A stretch of DNA of 33,779 nt from a virus (lineage: Duplodnaviria > Caudoviricetes). Position 1 is the first letter of the stretch. Each line of letters begins with the position of its first letter. The stretch covers positions 1-33,779 of IMG/VR virus record IMGVR_UViG_3300032212_000105, one strand, 5' to 3'. Of this stretch, positions 27,307 to 33,779 are shown piece by piece. The position numbers and the translations under genes are program-made. The notes beneath the pieces were generated by a model. The model was given only the letters and a program-made list of their open reading frames with translations. It did no database searches and had not been told where the DNA came from.

Positions 27307-27689
27307 GGCACACTTACCCCGAATTTTTGCGCTATGTGGCGATTGAGAACCTCATAAATATTATTGTATTGGCTTGTATCTGCCTTGGCTGTGCTATCCA
27401 ATCCAGTCACCGCTTTTTGAATTGGTCGCCATAGAAATTCCTTTGCAGTATCTCCATTCCACGGAATATCTACTTCCTGCTTAATGGTTCGCTTCATGTC
27501 ATAGCCTGCACTATTCAAAGCATCCGCCAGCATTGATAAATATTTATGTAAAGCCCTGTTTTGTGTCGTTGTGCGAGTCTTCTTTCTCGGCTCTATGGTT
27601 ATTTCAAGATAACCGAACTCGGCCTGCATTTGATCAAGCAAGGATTTAACAGTGTCTAGGCTTTGTTTGCTGTTTACGGTTTCTTTCAA
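27285..27689 (-). CDS. NinB-like protein
   Basis: TRTTTQNRALHKYLSMLA..STAK..GVSVPWP. Confidence 0.7.
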   Translation of the reverse strand: MKETVNSKQSLDTVKSLLDQMQAEFGYLEITIEPRKKTRTTTQNRALHKYLSMLADALNSAGYDMKRTIKQEVDIPWNGDTAKEFLWRPIQKAVTGLDSTAKADTSQYNNIYEVLNRHIAQKFGVSVPWPSKDE

Positions 27690-27862
27690 TTTCCGTCCGC
27701 CCTAACTATATTATCCAAAGCCAAAACCTCTTCCAGCACTTGAAGCGCTGCCTCAAGCTGACCCTTGTTGAACTTAGCATCCCCGCTCTTGCTTCTTTTT
27801 TGATGCCTAATCATATTGTCAAGAGCTATTAGTTTTTGGACTCTTTCTTGTTTTTTGCTCAT
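27686..27862 (-). CDS. Hypothetical protein (58 aa, not in ORF track)
   Basis: GAGG RBS; MSKKQERVQKLIALDNMIRHQKR...DGN*. Confidence 0.65.
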   Translation of the reverse strand: MSKKQERVQKLIALDNMIRHQKRSKSGDAKFNKGQLEAALQVLEEVLALDNIVRADGN

Positions 27863-27882
27863 TATTTCCTCGCTTATTTAAT

Positions 27883-27935
27883 CTATAGCACAGCACACAA
27901 TAGGACACTGCGTGCCTTTGTGCTTGGTGTTATGC
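27883..27935 (+). mobile_element. attC-like site C1 (53 bp, AGC in place of AAC)
   Basis: CTATAGC-ACAGC-ACACAA[T]AGG[A]CAC-TGC-GTG-CCT-TTGTGC-TTGGT-GTTATGC. Confidence 0.7.
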
Positions 27936-28262
27936 TACATTCATCACTATATTTTCAATCACATAGAATTTATGCCAGAAAACATCTTCCCACTCTCCCG
28001 ACTCTCTTAGGGTTACCTCTGTCCAGCCTTCAGGCGGAAGCCTTAATAAATCAACATGATTTTCTATCGCATTTTTAATTAGCGAAATGTCATCTGTTCC
28101 GCCATGACCAGACAAATCAAGACTACTAGTGAACCCTGTAATAGATAGCGAATACTCACCGATAGATGGGTCACAATCACTTTCTGTCTGTATAAGCGCC
28201 TGAACATAATTTACGCTCCTATCTACCATTAATTCTCTTTCCACTGTCACACCTCCACTCAT
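27930..28262 (-). CDS. Acidic hypothetical protein, cassette cargo
   Basis: Fills the inter-site interval exactly; LRESGEWEDVFWHKFY. Confidence 0.75.
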   Translation of the reverse strand: MSGGVTVERELMVDRSVNYVQALIQTESDCDPSIGEYSLSITGFTSSLDLSGHGGTDDISLIKNAIENHVDLLRLPPEGWTEVTLRESGEWEDVFWHKFYVIENIVMNVA

Positions 28263-28306
28263 AACAAATAATTAAAAGGGACGCTTAGCGCCCGTTAATG
28301 TTGCGG
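27930..28306. mobile_element. Integron-type gene cassette 5
   Basis: Ends GTTATG (27929) and CATAAC (28260) are complementary; ORF start and stop both lie inside core sites. Confidence 0.75.
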
Positions 28307-28312
28307 CTATAC
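28259..28312 (+). mobile_element. attC-like site C2 (54 bp, GCT in place of GTT)
   Basis: TCATAAC-AAATA-ATT[A]AAAGGG[A]CGC-TTA-GCG-CCCGTT-AAT-GTTGCG-GCTATAC. Confidence 0.75.
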
Positions 28313-28501
28313 GACTTTAACTAAATACTTAAAGTCTGTATATTTATCAATCACTTCATAAGGCCCGTCAAAGCTAAAATAAATATTAATATCTAGCTTT
28401 GGCCAAGGCAGGTATTCAAACATAGCCTCCGCTACACCTTGAGCACTTACAATTGTATTTTTTCCATTTAATTCAAGGTCAGTTATTTCGTAATCTCTCA
28501 T
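28307..28501 (-). CDS. Hypothetical protein
   Basis: 64 aa; TAG stop forms the variant core of site C2. Confidence 0.7.
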   Translation of the reverse strand: MRDYEITDLELNGKNTIVSAQGVAEAMFEYLPWPKLDINIYFSFDGPYEVIDKYTDFKYLVKVV

Positions 28502-28517
28502 TTATCAATCCCTAGGC

Positions 28518-28574
28518 TGATCGCATGTTAGTGACTAGGCATTTTATAGAGTGCCTAGCTCTTAGTGGTTAAAA
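28518..28574 (+). mobile_element. Degenerate attC-like site C3 or plain hairpin after ssb
   Basis: TGATCGC-ATGTT-AGT[G]ACTAGGCA-loop-TGCCTAGC-TCT-TAGTG-GTTAAAA; spacing fits but R'' lacks AAC. Confidence 0.35.
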
Positions 28575-29087
28575 AGGAATATTCTGATCTTGTTGATTAG
28601 GAATATTATTTTGTGGCTGTTGCTGCCCATAAGCTGGCGGATGCTGCTGTGGTGCTTGCTGTGGTGGCATTTGTTGGGGCTGCTGCGGTGCTTGGCCGTA
28701 GACTGGCTGTGCTGGTGCTTGTTGTGGCGCGCCCTGCTGCTGTCCGTCCTGCTTACTGTCCAGCATTGTCATTTCATTGGCTACAATCTTGGTTGAATAG
28801 CGCTTAATGCCGTCTTTTTCGTATTCATCAGTTTTCAGTTTACCCTCAACGTAGCACTTAGAACCTTTTTTAAGGTACTTACCCATGATTTCAGCTAAAC
28901 GACCAAACGCCTCTATGCGATGCCATTCTACGCGGTCCACCTGCTGCCCTGTTTGCTTGTCTTTGTAGCCTTCGTCTGTTGCTAGACTCATACTGCAAAC
29001 CGCATTACCATTGGGTAAATAGCGCATCTCAGGATCACGACCTAATGTGCCGATAATCATTACTTTGTTTATACTTCCGCGTGCCAT
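28569..29087 (-). CDS. ssb: Single-stranded DNA-binding protein
   Basis: [30 protein letters not shown]-rich linker, C-terminal IPF. Confidence 0.97.
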   Translation of the reverse strand: MARGSINKVMIIGTLGRDPEMRYLPNGNAVCSMSLATDEGYKDKQTGQQVDRVEWHRIEAFGRLAEIMGKYLKKGSKCYVEGKLKTDEYEKDGIKRYSTKIVANEMTMLDSKQDGQQQGAPQQAPAQPVYGQAPQQPQQMPPQQAPQQHPPAYGQQQPQNNIPNQQDQNIPF

Positions 29088-29104
29088 ATTTTAAGCTCCT
29101 ATGC

Positions 29105-30079
29105 TTATCTGTATTTACTTAATTCTGATTTCATAAAGCTTCGGATTTCAGTCGAAAATACTGGCTCTGTTAATCCGTATTGCTTGTACTTTGTTGGTGC
29201 CACCCAAAGCAGGCTTTTATCATTCTCACCTTTATTTATATCCCCGTCTGGGTCGCCAGTGATTTCATCCCAATACATTACAAGGTCATGATAGCGCTCT
29301 TCTTCAAATGCCTCCCTGATTGCTATAACGCTTTCCTTGTTATCTGCGAAAGCCTGCAAATGGGTGCGCTTTGGCTCTGCCACCTCTTTCATATTGTCAA
29401 AGTCGATTCCCTCATGCTGGTTTATAACGTCAACCGCTTGAGCTACTGCTTCGGCTTTTGGCCAGTATTTATAAGCACGCTTAACTACTGTCTTTCTTGC
29501 CATTTCATCCCACCAATTAGACCATGGGCCATTTTTTGCTGATGATGCGTCCTGTATCTTTCTAATTGCCTCAACATCCATTTCCTCAGTAAGGTAGTCG
29601 CCATTTCTTGTCTTGACTGTACAATAGGCTCCAACCACCTCACCCTTTTGGCCGAACGTCTTTTGCTTGTGAATAGGCGCGCTATCAATGCCTGTGTTCT
29701 CATAATCATCATTTGCATACACAAGTTTTGCTTGCCCCCACTCAATAGCGCCTGACTGCATGGCTATATGCATTAAGCCTTGGTACGAAATATCCAGACA
29801 AACCGCCTGATTCTTACCAATGCGCCTAGGGACAAGATAGGCATGCTTTAAGGCAGGATTAAGACTGATTCCAATGGCCGCAATATTTATAATTGCATTC
29901 TGCATGCTTGCTGGATTGCCAAATGCCGCCTTACATAGAAAGTCATTTGAACTCAAAGCCTGTATTGCGAACTGACTCTCTTTCGCCCATTCAACCTGCC
30001 CAGTAGTGAGGGCATTGGAAAAAAGCCCTTCATTACTTAAAACCAAATCAGGCACTGTCAATTGATTACTCATCGTCAA
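29105..30079 (-). CDS. recT: RecT-family ssDNA annealing recombinase
   Basis: IGISLNPALKHAYLVPR, LDISYQGL, GPWSNWWDEMARKTVVKRAYKYWP. Confidence 0.9.
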   Translation of the reverse strand: MTMSNQLTVPDLVLSNEGLFSNALTTGQVEWAKESQFAIQALSSNDFLCKAAFGNPASMQNAIINIAAIGISLNPALKHAYLVPRRIGKNQAVCLDISYQGLMHIAMQSGAIEWGQAKLVYANDDYENTGIDSAPIHKQKTFGQKGEVVGAYCTVKTRNGDYLTEEMDVEAIRKIQDASSAKNGPWSNWWDEMARKTVVKRAYKYWPKAEAVAQAVDVINQHEGIDFDNMKEVAEPKRTHLQAFADNKESVIAIREAFEEERYHDLVMYWDEITGDPDGDINKGENDKSLLWVAPTKYKQYGLTEPVFSTEIRSFMKSELSKYR

Positions 30080-30338
30080 CCCCGTTAATCTTATTAATAA
30101 TGCCCTCTAAATCCGCTTGAGTAATATCTTCTTGCTCACATGGAATCTCGCTTCCATCAATCACAATCCAAGGAATAAGGTCTTCATCCGACTCATAATC
30201 TCCAAGCGTCCAGCATAAGCGCTGCAAATCATTGATAATGCGGGTCATTTGTTCCGGCTCATAATCATCATTGAAAACCGTTACTCTGTTTTTTTGGTGA
30301 TAAACAAGCTCTATTGTGTGTATTTGTTCTTTTCTCAT
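30066..30338 (-). CDS. Hypothetical protein
   Basis: First gene after promoter. Confidence 0.7.
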   Translation of the reverse strand: MRKEQIHTIELVYHQKNRVTVFNDDYEPEQMTRIINDLQRLCWTLGDYESDEDLIPWIVIDGSEIPCEQEDITQADLEGIINKINGVDDE

Positions 30339-30369
30339 TTTTCTTTCTCGCTGTTGCTATTGTCAATTA

Positions 30370-30398
30370 ACTATATAATTAATTGGCTATTTAATCAA
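30370..30398 (-). promoter_or_regulatory. Sigma70-like promoter of recombination operon
   Basis: TTGATT-17 nt-TATAGT. Confidence 0.65.
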
Positions 30399-30403
30399 TA
30401 GGT

Positions 30404-30685
30404 CTAATCAAATAAAAGCCTATGCTTAAACTCGCCCGATTTAATGCTTGTCACTGCATCCGAATAAGCCCTTGCCGCTTCCTCCTCTTCCTTGAATGTG
30501 CCTAGATGATACTGAACCTTATTGTACTTAACCCGTGTGGGGTAAACAGTCTCACCTGATTTATTCTTAACAACTGAATACCCTTTCGATGCTTTCTTTC
30601 GAATTGCCTTGGCTGGGTCAGTTACAGGTGCTTTTTCTACTGGCTTGCCTTTTAGTTTGTTTAGGTCGCTTTGTGTAAATATCAT
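30404..30685 (-). CDS. AP2-domain DNA-binding protein (likely start MIFTQ)
   Basis: YPTRVKYNKVQYHLGTFKEEEEAARAYSDAV. Confidence 0.75.
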   Translation of the reverse strand: MIFTQSDLNKLKGKPVEKAPVTDPAKAIRKKASKGYSVVKNKSGETVYPTRVKYNKVQYHLGTFKEEEEAARAYSDAVTSIKSGEFKHRLLFD

Positions 30686-30695
30686 AAAATCCCCT

Positions 30696-31010
30696 TCAAG
30701 CCCTATAGCCTTTCTTCTTTTTACACTGATTAAACCACTCATAATATAAACCATGACTATCGCAAAATGCCCACCAATCAAGGCCGCCGCCGCATCTTTT
30801 GAAGCTATGGCGAACCAAGCTAAACGCAACATCACTTAACAATGTTTTCTCAGAATAAAGACCAGCCTCAACAGCTCTTTCAGCAATTGATTTAAGCCTG
30901 CTTTTGTCTTCAATAATGTAAGGTGCAACAATAAACCCATATAAGGCTCTTGCCCTCCTTAGGCTCTTGCTCGTACGGCTGGATACCAATCTATCAGATA
31001 GCACACTCAT
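30696..31010 (-). CDS. Hypothetical protein (likely start MSVLS)
   Basis: ATGA-coupled to upstream gene. Confidence 0.65.
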   Translation of the reverse strand: MSVLSDRLVSSRTSKSLRRARALYGFIVAPYIIEDKSRLKSIAERAVEAGLYSEKTLLSDVAFSLVRHSFKRCGGGLDWWAFCDSHGLYYEWFNQCKKKKGYRA

Positions 31011-31336
31011 AAATCCGCCGCCCAATCTAAATTATTGATTCTCTCTGAAATGCTCGTTTGCTTGACGTATTCCTTTTGACTTTGAGCTATCGGTTTAATT
31101 TCCGGCTTAGCCCTGTTTAACCATGAGTTAACAAACTTTAAAACACCCCTTCTTGTTTTTCGCTTGCTTGGATTAGATACCAGCCAAGCAATCATCTTTC
31201 TCAGCTCTGTATCAACGTCTATGGACGTGTAAACCTGCTTGTACATTTGAAGATCATTATCTTGTAGCTCAAATAAAGAGCCGTCCTTCAATGGCATCCT
31301 ATAATCAGATAAGCCATTTGATACCAGTTGATTCAC
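31007..31336 (-). CDS. Stand-alone domain resembling the C-terminus of phage replication initiators
   Basis: YTSIDVDTELRKMIAWLVSNPSKRKTRRGVLKFVNSWLNRA. Confidence 0.65.
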   Translation of the reverse strand: MNQLVSNGLSDYRMPLKDGSLFELQDNDLQMYKQVYTSIDVDTELRKMIAWLVSNPSKRKTRRGVLKFVNSWLNRAKPEIKPIAQSQKEYVKQTSISERINNLDWAADL

Positions 31337-31989
31337 AATGAATTCCTTGCGCTAATTGATTCTGATTTTCTTACCTTGTTGATAGCCTTGTTAACAGCCG
31401 TCCCCATATTTGGGCATAGGTCTGCAATAATAATGACAGCCTCCTGAATCTTGGCTCTAAGCTTTAGTTGCTCTTCAGTGGCTCTCTGCCACTTATCCGG
31501 CCCATTTCCAACTCGACATTCACCAGCAATAGTTTTTGCCGCCTCCTGAGCCTTTAAGGCGCAAAACTCTTTAGGAAATTGGTTTTTTAGAGTGCTATTC
31601 ATTTGCTTAAAGGATTCGCCGGAATCGTCTCTCGCATCTAACAGCCCATCAATAACCCATTGAATTATCTTTACCTTTAATTGAGGGCTGTACCACATTG
31701 CCATATCAACGAATAAGACAGGGTGCACCCATGTTCCGCCATTCTTTCCCTTTTTCGATATTTTGGCGTCATCAGTGCCAATATTGTCAACCAAACAGAT
31801 TTCATTAATAAGCTCACTGGTCGAGTCCAAATTAAAATATGAGCCCATTTGCTTTTCAGATAGGCCGCCTCTCTCTCTTAACTCATTTCCTATTTTGTGC
31901 AGATCATTAGCGTTAAGCATTCCGCTTTTGTGGTTTTGCCTCACTGCACCTCCCATAAGCTGCCTCTCCATTATTACTGCTGTTTTCAT
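31333..31989 (-). CDS. KilA-N domain protein
   Basis: VRQNHKSGMLNANDL, KKGKNGGTWVHPVLFVDMAMWYSPQLKVKI. Confidence 0.88.
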   Translation of the reverse strand: MKTAVIMERQLMGGAVRQNHKSGMLNANDLHKIGNELRERGGLSEKQMGSYFNLDSTSELINEICLVDNIGTDDAKISKKGKNGGTWVHPVLFVDMAMWYSPQLKVKIIQWVIDGLLDARDDSGESFKQMNSTLKNQFPKEFCALKAQEAAKTIAGECRVGNGPDKWQRATEEQLKLRAKIQEAVIIIADLCPNMGTAVNKAINKVRKSESISARNSL

Positions 31990-32022
31990 TACGAATCCTT
32001 AATATTTATAAGTTGAGATTTA

Positions 32023-32051
32023 ATATTAAACATTCTTATTATTAAGGTCAA
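32023..32051 (-). promoter_or_regulatory. Sigma70-like promoter upstream of KilA-N gene
   Basis: TTGACC-17 nt-TAATAT. Confidence 0.7.
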
Positions 32052-32079
32052 CCTTATAGTATTGGCCTTGCAAGCCAAT

Positions 32080-32439
32080 TTACTGGCTTTGATTATTGAA
32101 GCAATCCCTGTAATTTATGTAAATATATAAAAGCATTTGAGCAGCTGCTTTATAAGGACTACTAACCTCTGGGCTTACAATTATCTCACCACCTATGGGC
32201 GTCCATTCACACCAATATTTGTCGCCAAGCCCTGAAGCAATAGTTATCTTATGACCAAGCGCCTTTACAAACACCGATGGCTGCGAATAAATATCAATTA
32301 TTGACAATGACGGCCCGCGATAATGCCATTCGTTATTCGTTTGGTTTTTGCTTTGCTTTATAAATTTCTTATGATAAACCCATATTAGCCCTCTATTTAA
32401 TTCCTTCTTAGTCATTAATTGCAATTGATTAAAATTCAT
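32080..32439 (-). CDS. Second NinX-like protein (likely start MNFNQ)
   Basis: MTKKELNRGLIWVY..SPYKAAAQMLL parallels the 24185 protein. Confidence 0.55.
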   Translation of the reverse strand: MNFNQLQLMTKKELNRGLIWVYHKKFIKQSKNQTNNEWHYRGPSLSIIDIYSQPSVFVKALGHKITIASGLGDKYWCEWTPIGGEIIVSPEVSSPYKAAAQMLLYIYINYRDCFNNQSQ

Positions 32440-32479
32440 CGCTTCCACTCTTTGTATTTTATTTAGACAATACTTCACA

Positions 32480-32810
32480 TTTTAGTCCTAAGGGGTGATA
32501 CCTAGGAACGCACTGTATTAAATTTTATTATCAGGTCTTATTTATCAGTGGTTTAATTTTGGTCGGAATAAAGGGGCATAGACCACGGCAAAACAAAACC
32601 GCTACACTTTTTGGGCACTACTCCAAAAGGCATCACCACATACACTGTTTTAATGCTGCTAAGCAATCGCGCCGGACTAAAGCGCATTTTCTGATAACTT
32701 GTTATTTTTGGGTCTGCGCCGTTTTTATTGTGCTGGCCGCTGGCATACGCGTTCGCACTTTAAGTGGTAACTCACTATAGATCTACAGAGATATGAATAA
32801 ATGGCAGGCA
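32480..32810 (-). ncRNA. Candidate structured non-coding RNA or origin-associated element
   Basis: About 330 nt with no credible ORF and many stems (GTGC/GCAC, GCGCA/TGCGC, TTTTGG/CCAAAA, GGTC/GACC, TCCTAGG/CCTTAGGA). Confidence 0.4.
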
Positions 32811-32811
32811 T

Positions 32812-32891
32812 AAAAAAAGGCTTTGATGTGCTATCTAGGGGTCTAAAGTAATTCGCCAGAATTCGAGACCTAAATAACACGTCAAAACCTT
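32812..32891 (-). terminator. Long leader terminator/attenuator hairpin
   Basis: AAGGTTTTGACGTGTTAT...ATAGCACATCAAAGCCTT followed by T-tract. Confidence 0.75.
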
Positions 32892-32937
32892 CTTTCAATT
32901 TAGACATTACTCATGGTTCTGGCAAACCAATATAAGG

Positions 32938-32943
32938 ATTATA
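32938..32943 (-). promoter_or_regulatory. -10 element of leftward promoter
   Basis: TATAAT 8 nt upstream of the leader hairpin. Confidence 0.55.
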
Positions 32944-33137
32944 CCCAATATTGGCACCAGTTAAACCCCTTAACTATAAGAAATATTGCTTTGCTGCTTC
33001 CATGCTTGTCCGTCTATCCACAAGCAGTTGTATTATTGACTGCCTGTGTAAACACTTTTGTATAAATATAGTAATTTATTTATTGGCCATTCAGGCCAGT
33101 CTTTGGCTCGGTAGGTCAATGGATTAAATAGGGGTTT

Positions 33138-33146
33138 TGCTATAAT
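33138..33146 (+). promoter_or_regulatory. Extended -10 promoter of antirepressor operon
   Basis: TGcTATAAT. Confidence 0.7.
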
Positions 33147-33254
33147 CAGGCTATCGGTAGTCGTGCACTGATAAAATTCTATGCTGGCAGTCTTGGGGGT
33201 TAACCTTTACCCGCACGACCATGACATAAGCCCAGCACCACTAAAGGTTTCAAA

Positions 33255-33779
33255 ATGCAATTAATCCAATCAAATAATAAAACAATGTCTAGTCGTGAAA
33301 TTGCCCATATAACAGGCAAACGACATTCGGACGTATTGCGTGATATTCGCAAAATGCTAAAAGAGCTAGATATTAACGAGCGCAATTTTGCGTCTGTCTA
33401 CATCGCAGGAAATAATGAGGAAAAGCCTCAATTTGATCTAAATCAAAATCTATCTGTCACCCTTGTTTCTGGCTATAGCGTATCAATGCGCTTTGCAATA
33501 ATAGAAAGATGGGATGAACTAGAGCAAAAACAGGCTGAAACACCTGAGCAACTAATGGCCCGCGCGTTAATCTCTGCTCAATCTGTGATAGATGATAAAA
33601 GCCGCCAACTAGAACAAGCAAAGCCAGCTATTGAACTGCATGAAACGATTGTTAACGATGATCATACGCTATGCATGAGAGATGCCGCCAAGAAATTACA
33701 GGTTAAACCTAACAAGTTTATGGAATGGCTACGACAAGCCAAATACATAACGGCCAGCAATATGGCATATCAATCTAAA
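33255..33779 (+). CDS. Rha-family regulator/antirepressor, N-terminal part (226 aa across junction; missed by ORF track)
   Basis: MQLIQSNNKTMSSREIAHITGKRHSDVLRDIRKML...LVSGYSVSMRFAIIERWDELE is a Rha signature. Confidence 0.9.
   Translation, partial: MQLIQSNNKTMSSREIAHITGKRHSDVLRDIRKMLKELDINERNFASVYIAGNNEEKPQFDLNQNLSVTLVSGYSVSMRFAIIERWDELEQKQAETPEQLMARALISAQSVIDDKSRQLEQAKPAIELHETIVNDDHTLCMRDAAKKLQVKPNKFMEWLRQAKYITASNMAYQSK
33502..33779. repeat. Terminal direct repeat, copy 2
   Basis: 272/278 identical to 1-278. Confidence 0.97.

Noticed and set aside
26106-27929. Whole rusA-ninB block as one large cassette between sites B3 and C1
   Set aside because: Its ends (GTTATTC and CTATAGC) are not complementary and the genes are typical backbone.
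28590-28760. Low-complexity TGC/TGT repeats
   Set aside because: They encode the ordinary Gln/Pro-rich SSB linker.
32559-32907. ORFs 32559..32780 (+) and 32725..32907 (-) as protein genes
   Set aside because: No recognisable protein features and they overlap a terminator and stem-rich tract; the minus ORF is kept only as a possible leader.
33200-33385. Minus-strand 61 aa ORF
   Set aside because: Antisense to the Rha N-terminal domain.
1-33779. Integron integrase, tRNA genes, LexA boxes at promoters
   Set aside because: By eye I found no tyrosine-recombinase catalytic pattern, no cloverleaf, and no CTGT-N8-ACAG at the candidate promoters; automated searches are needed to confirm.

Overview
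The window is an apparently complete, circularly permuted genome of a small P22-like podovirus (unit length about 33,501 bp; bases 1-278 recur at 33502-33779). It carries terS/terL, portal, scaffold, coat, gp4/gp10-like tail proteins, ejection proteins, a short tail fibre, a DUF5675-type lysin with holin, RecT, SSB, RusA, NinB/NinX-like genes, and KilA-N, AP2 and Rha/ANT regulators. I recognise no integrase, CI repressor, polymerase, helicase or primase. The most striking feature is nine clear (plus one degenerate) compact integron attC-like sites in three accessory arrays (2.7-4.4, 25.5-26.1 and 27.9-28.6 kb). They delimit single-gene cassettes with mutually complementary core ends, although the phage encodes no integron integrase. 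The bulged bases place every cassette gene backwards relative to a normal integron, with its stop codon exactly at the predicted crossover. One cargo gene is an HD-domain (p)ppGpp-hydrolase-like protein. A second candidate system is the divergent control region (32.45-33.25 kb), with two leader RNAs containing internally complementary hairpins, a long structured non-coding tract, and only a truncated initiator-like protein nearby. All family calls come from motif recognition and synteny, not database searches.
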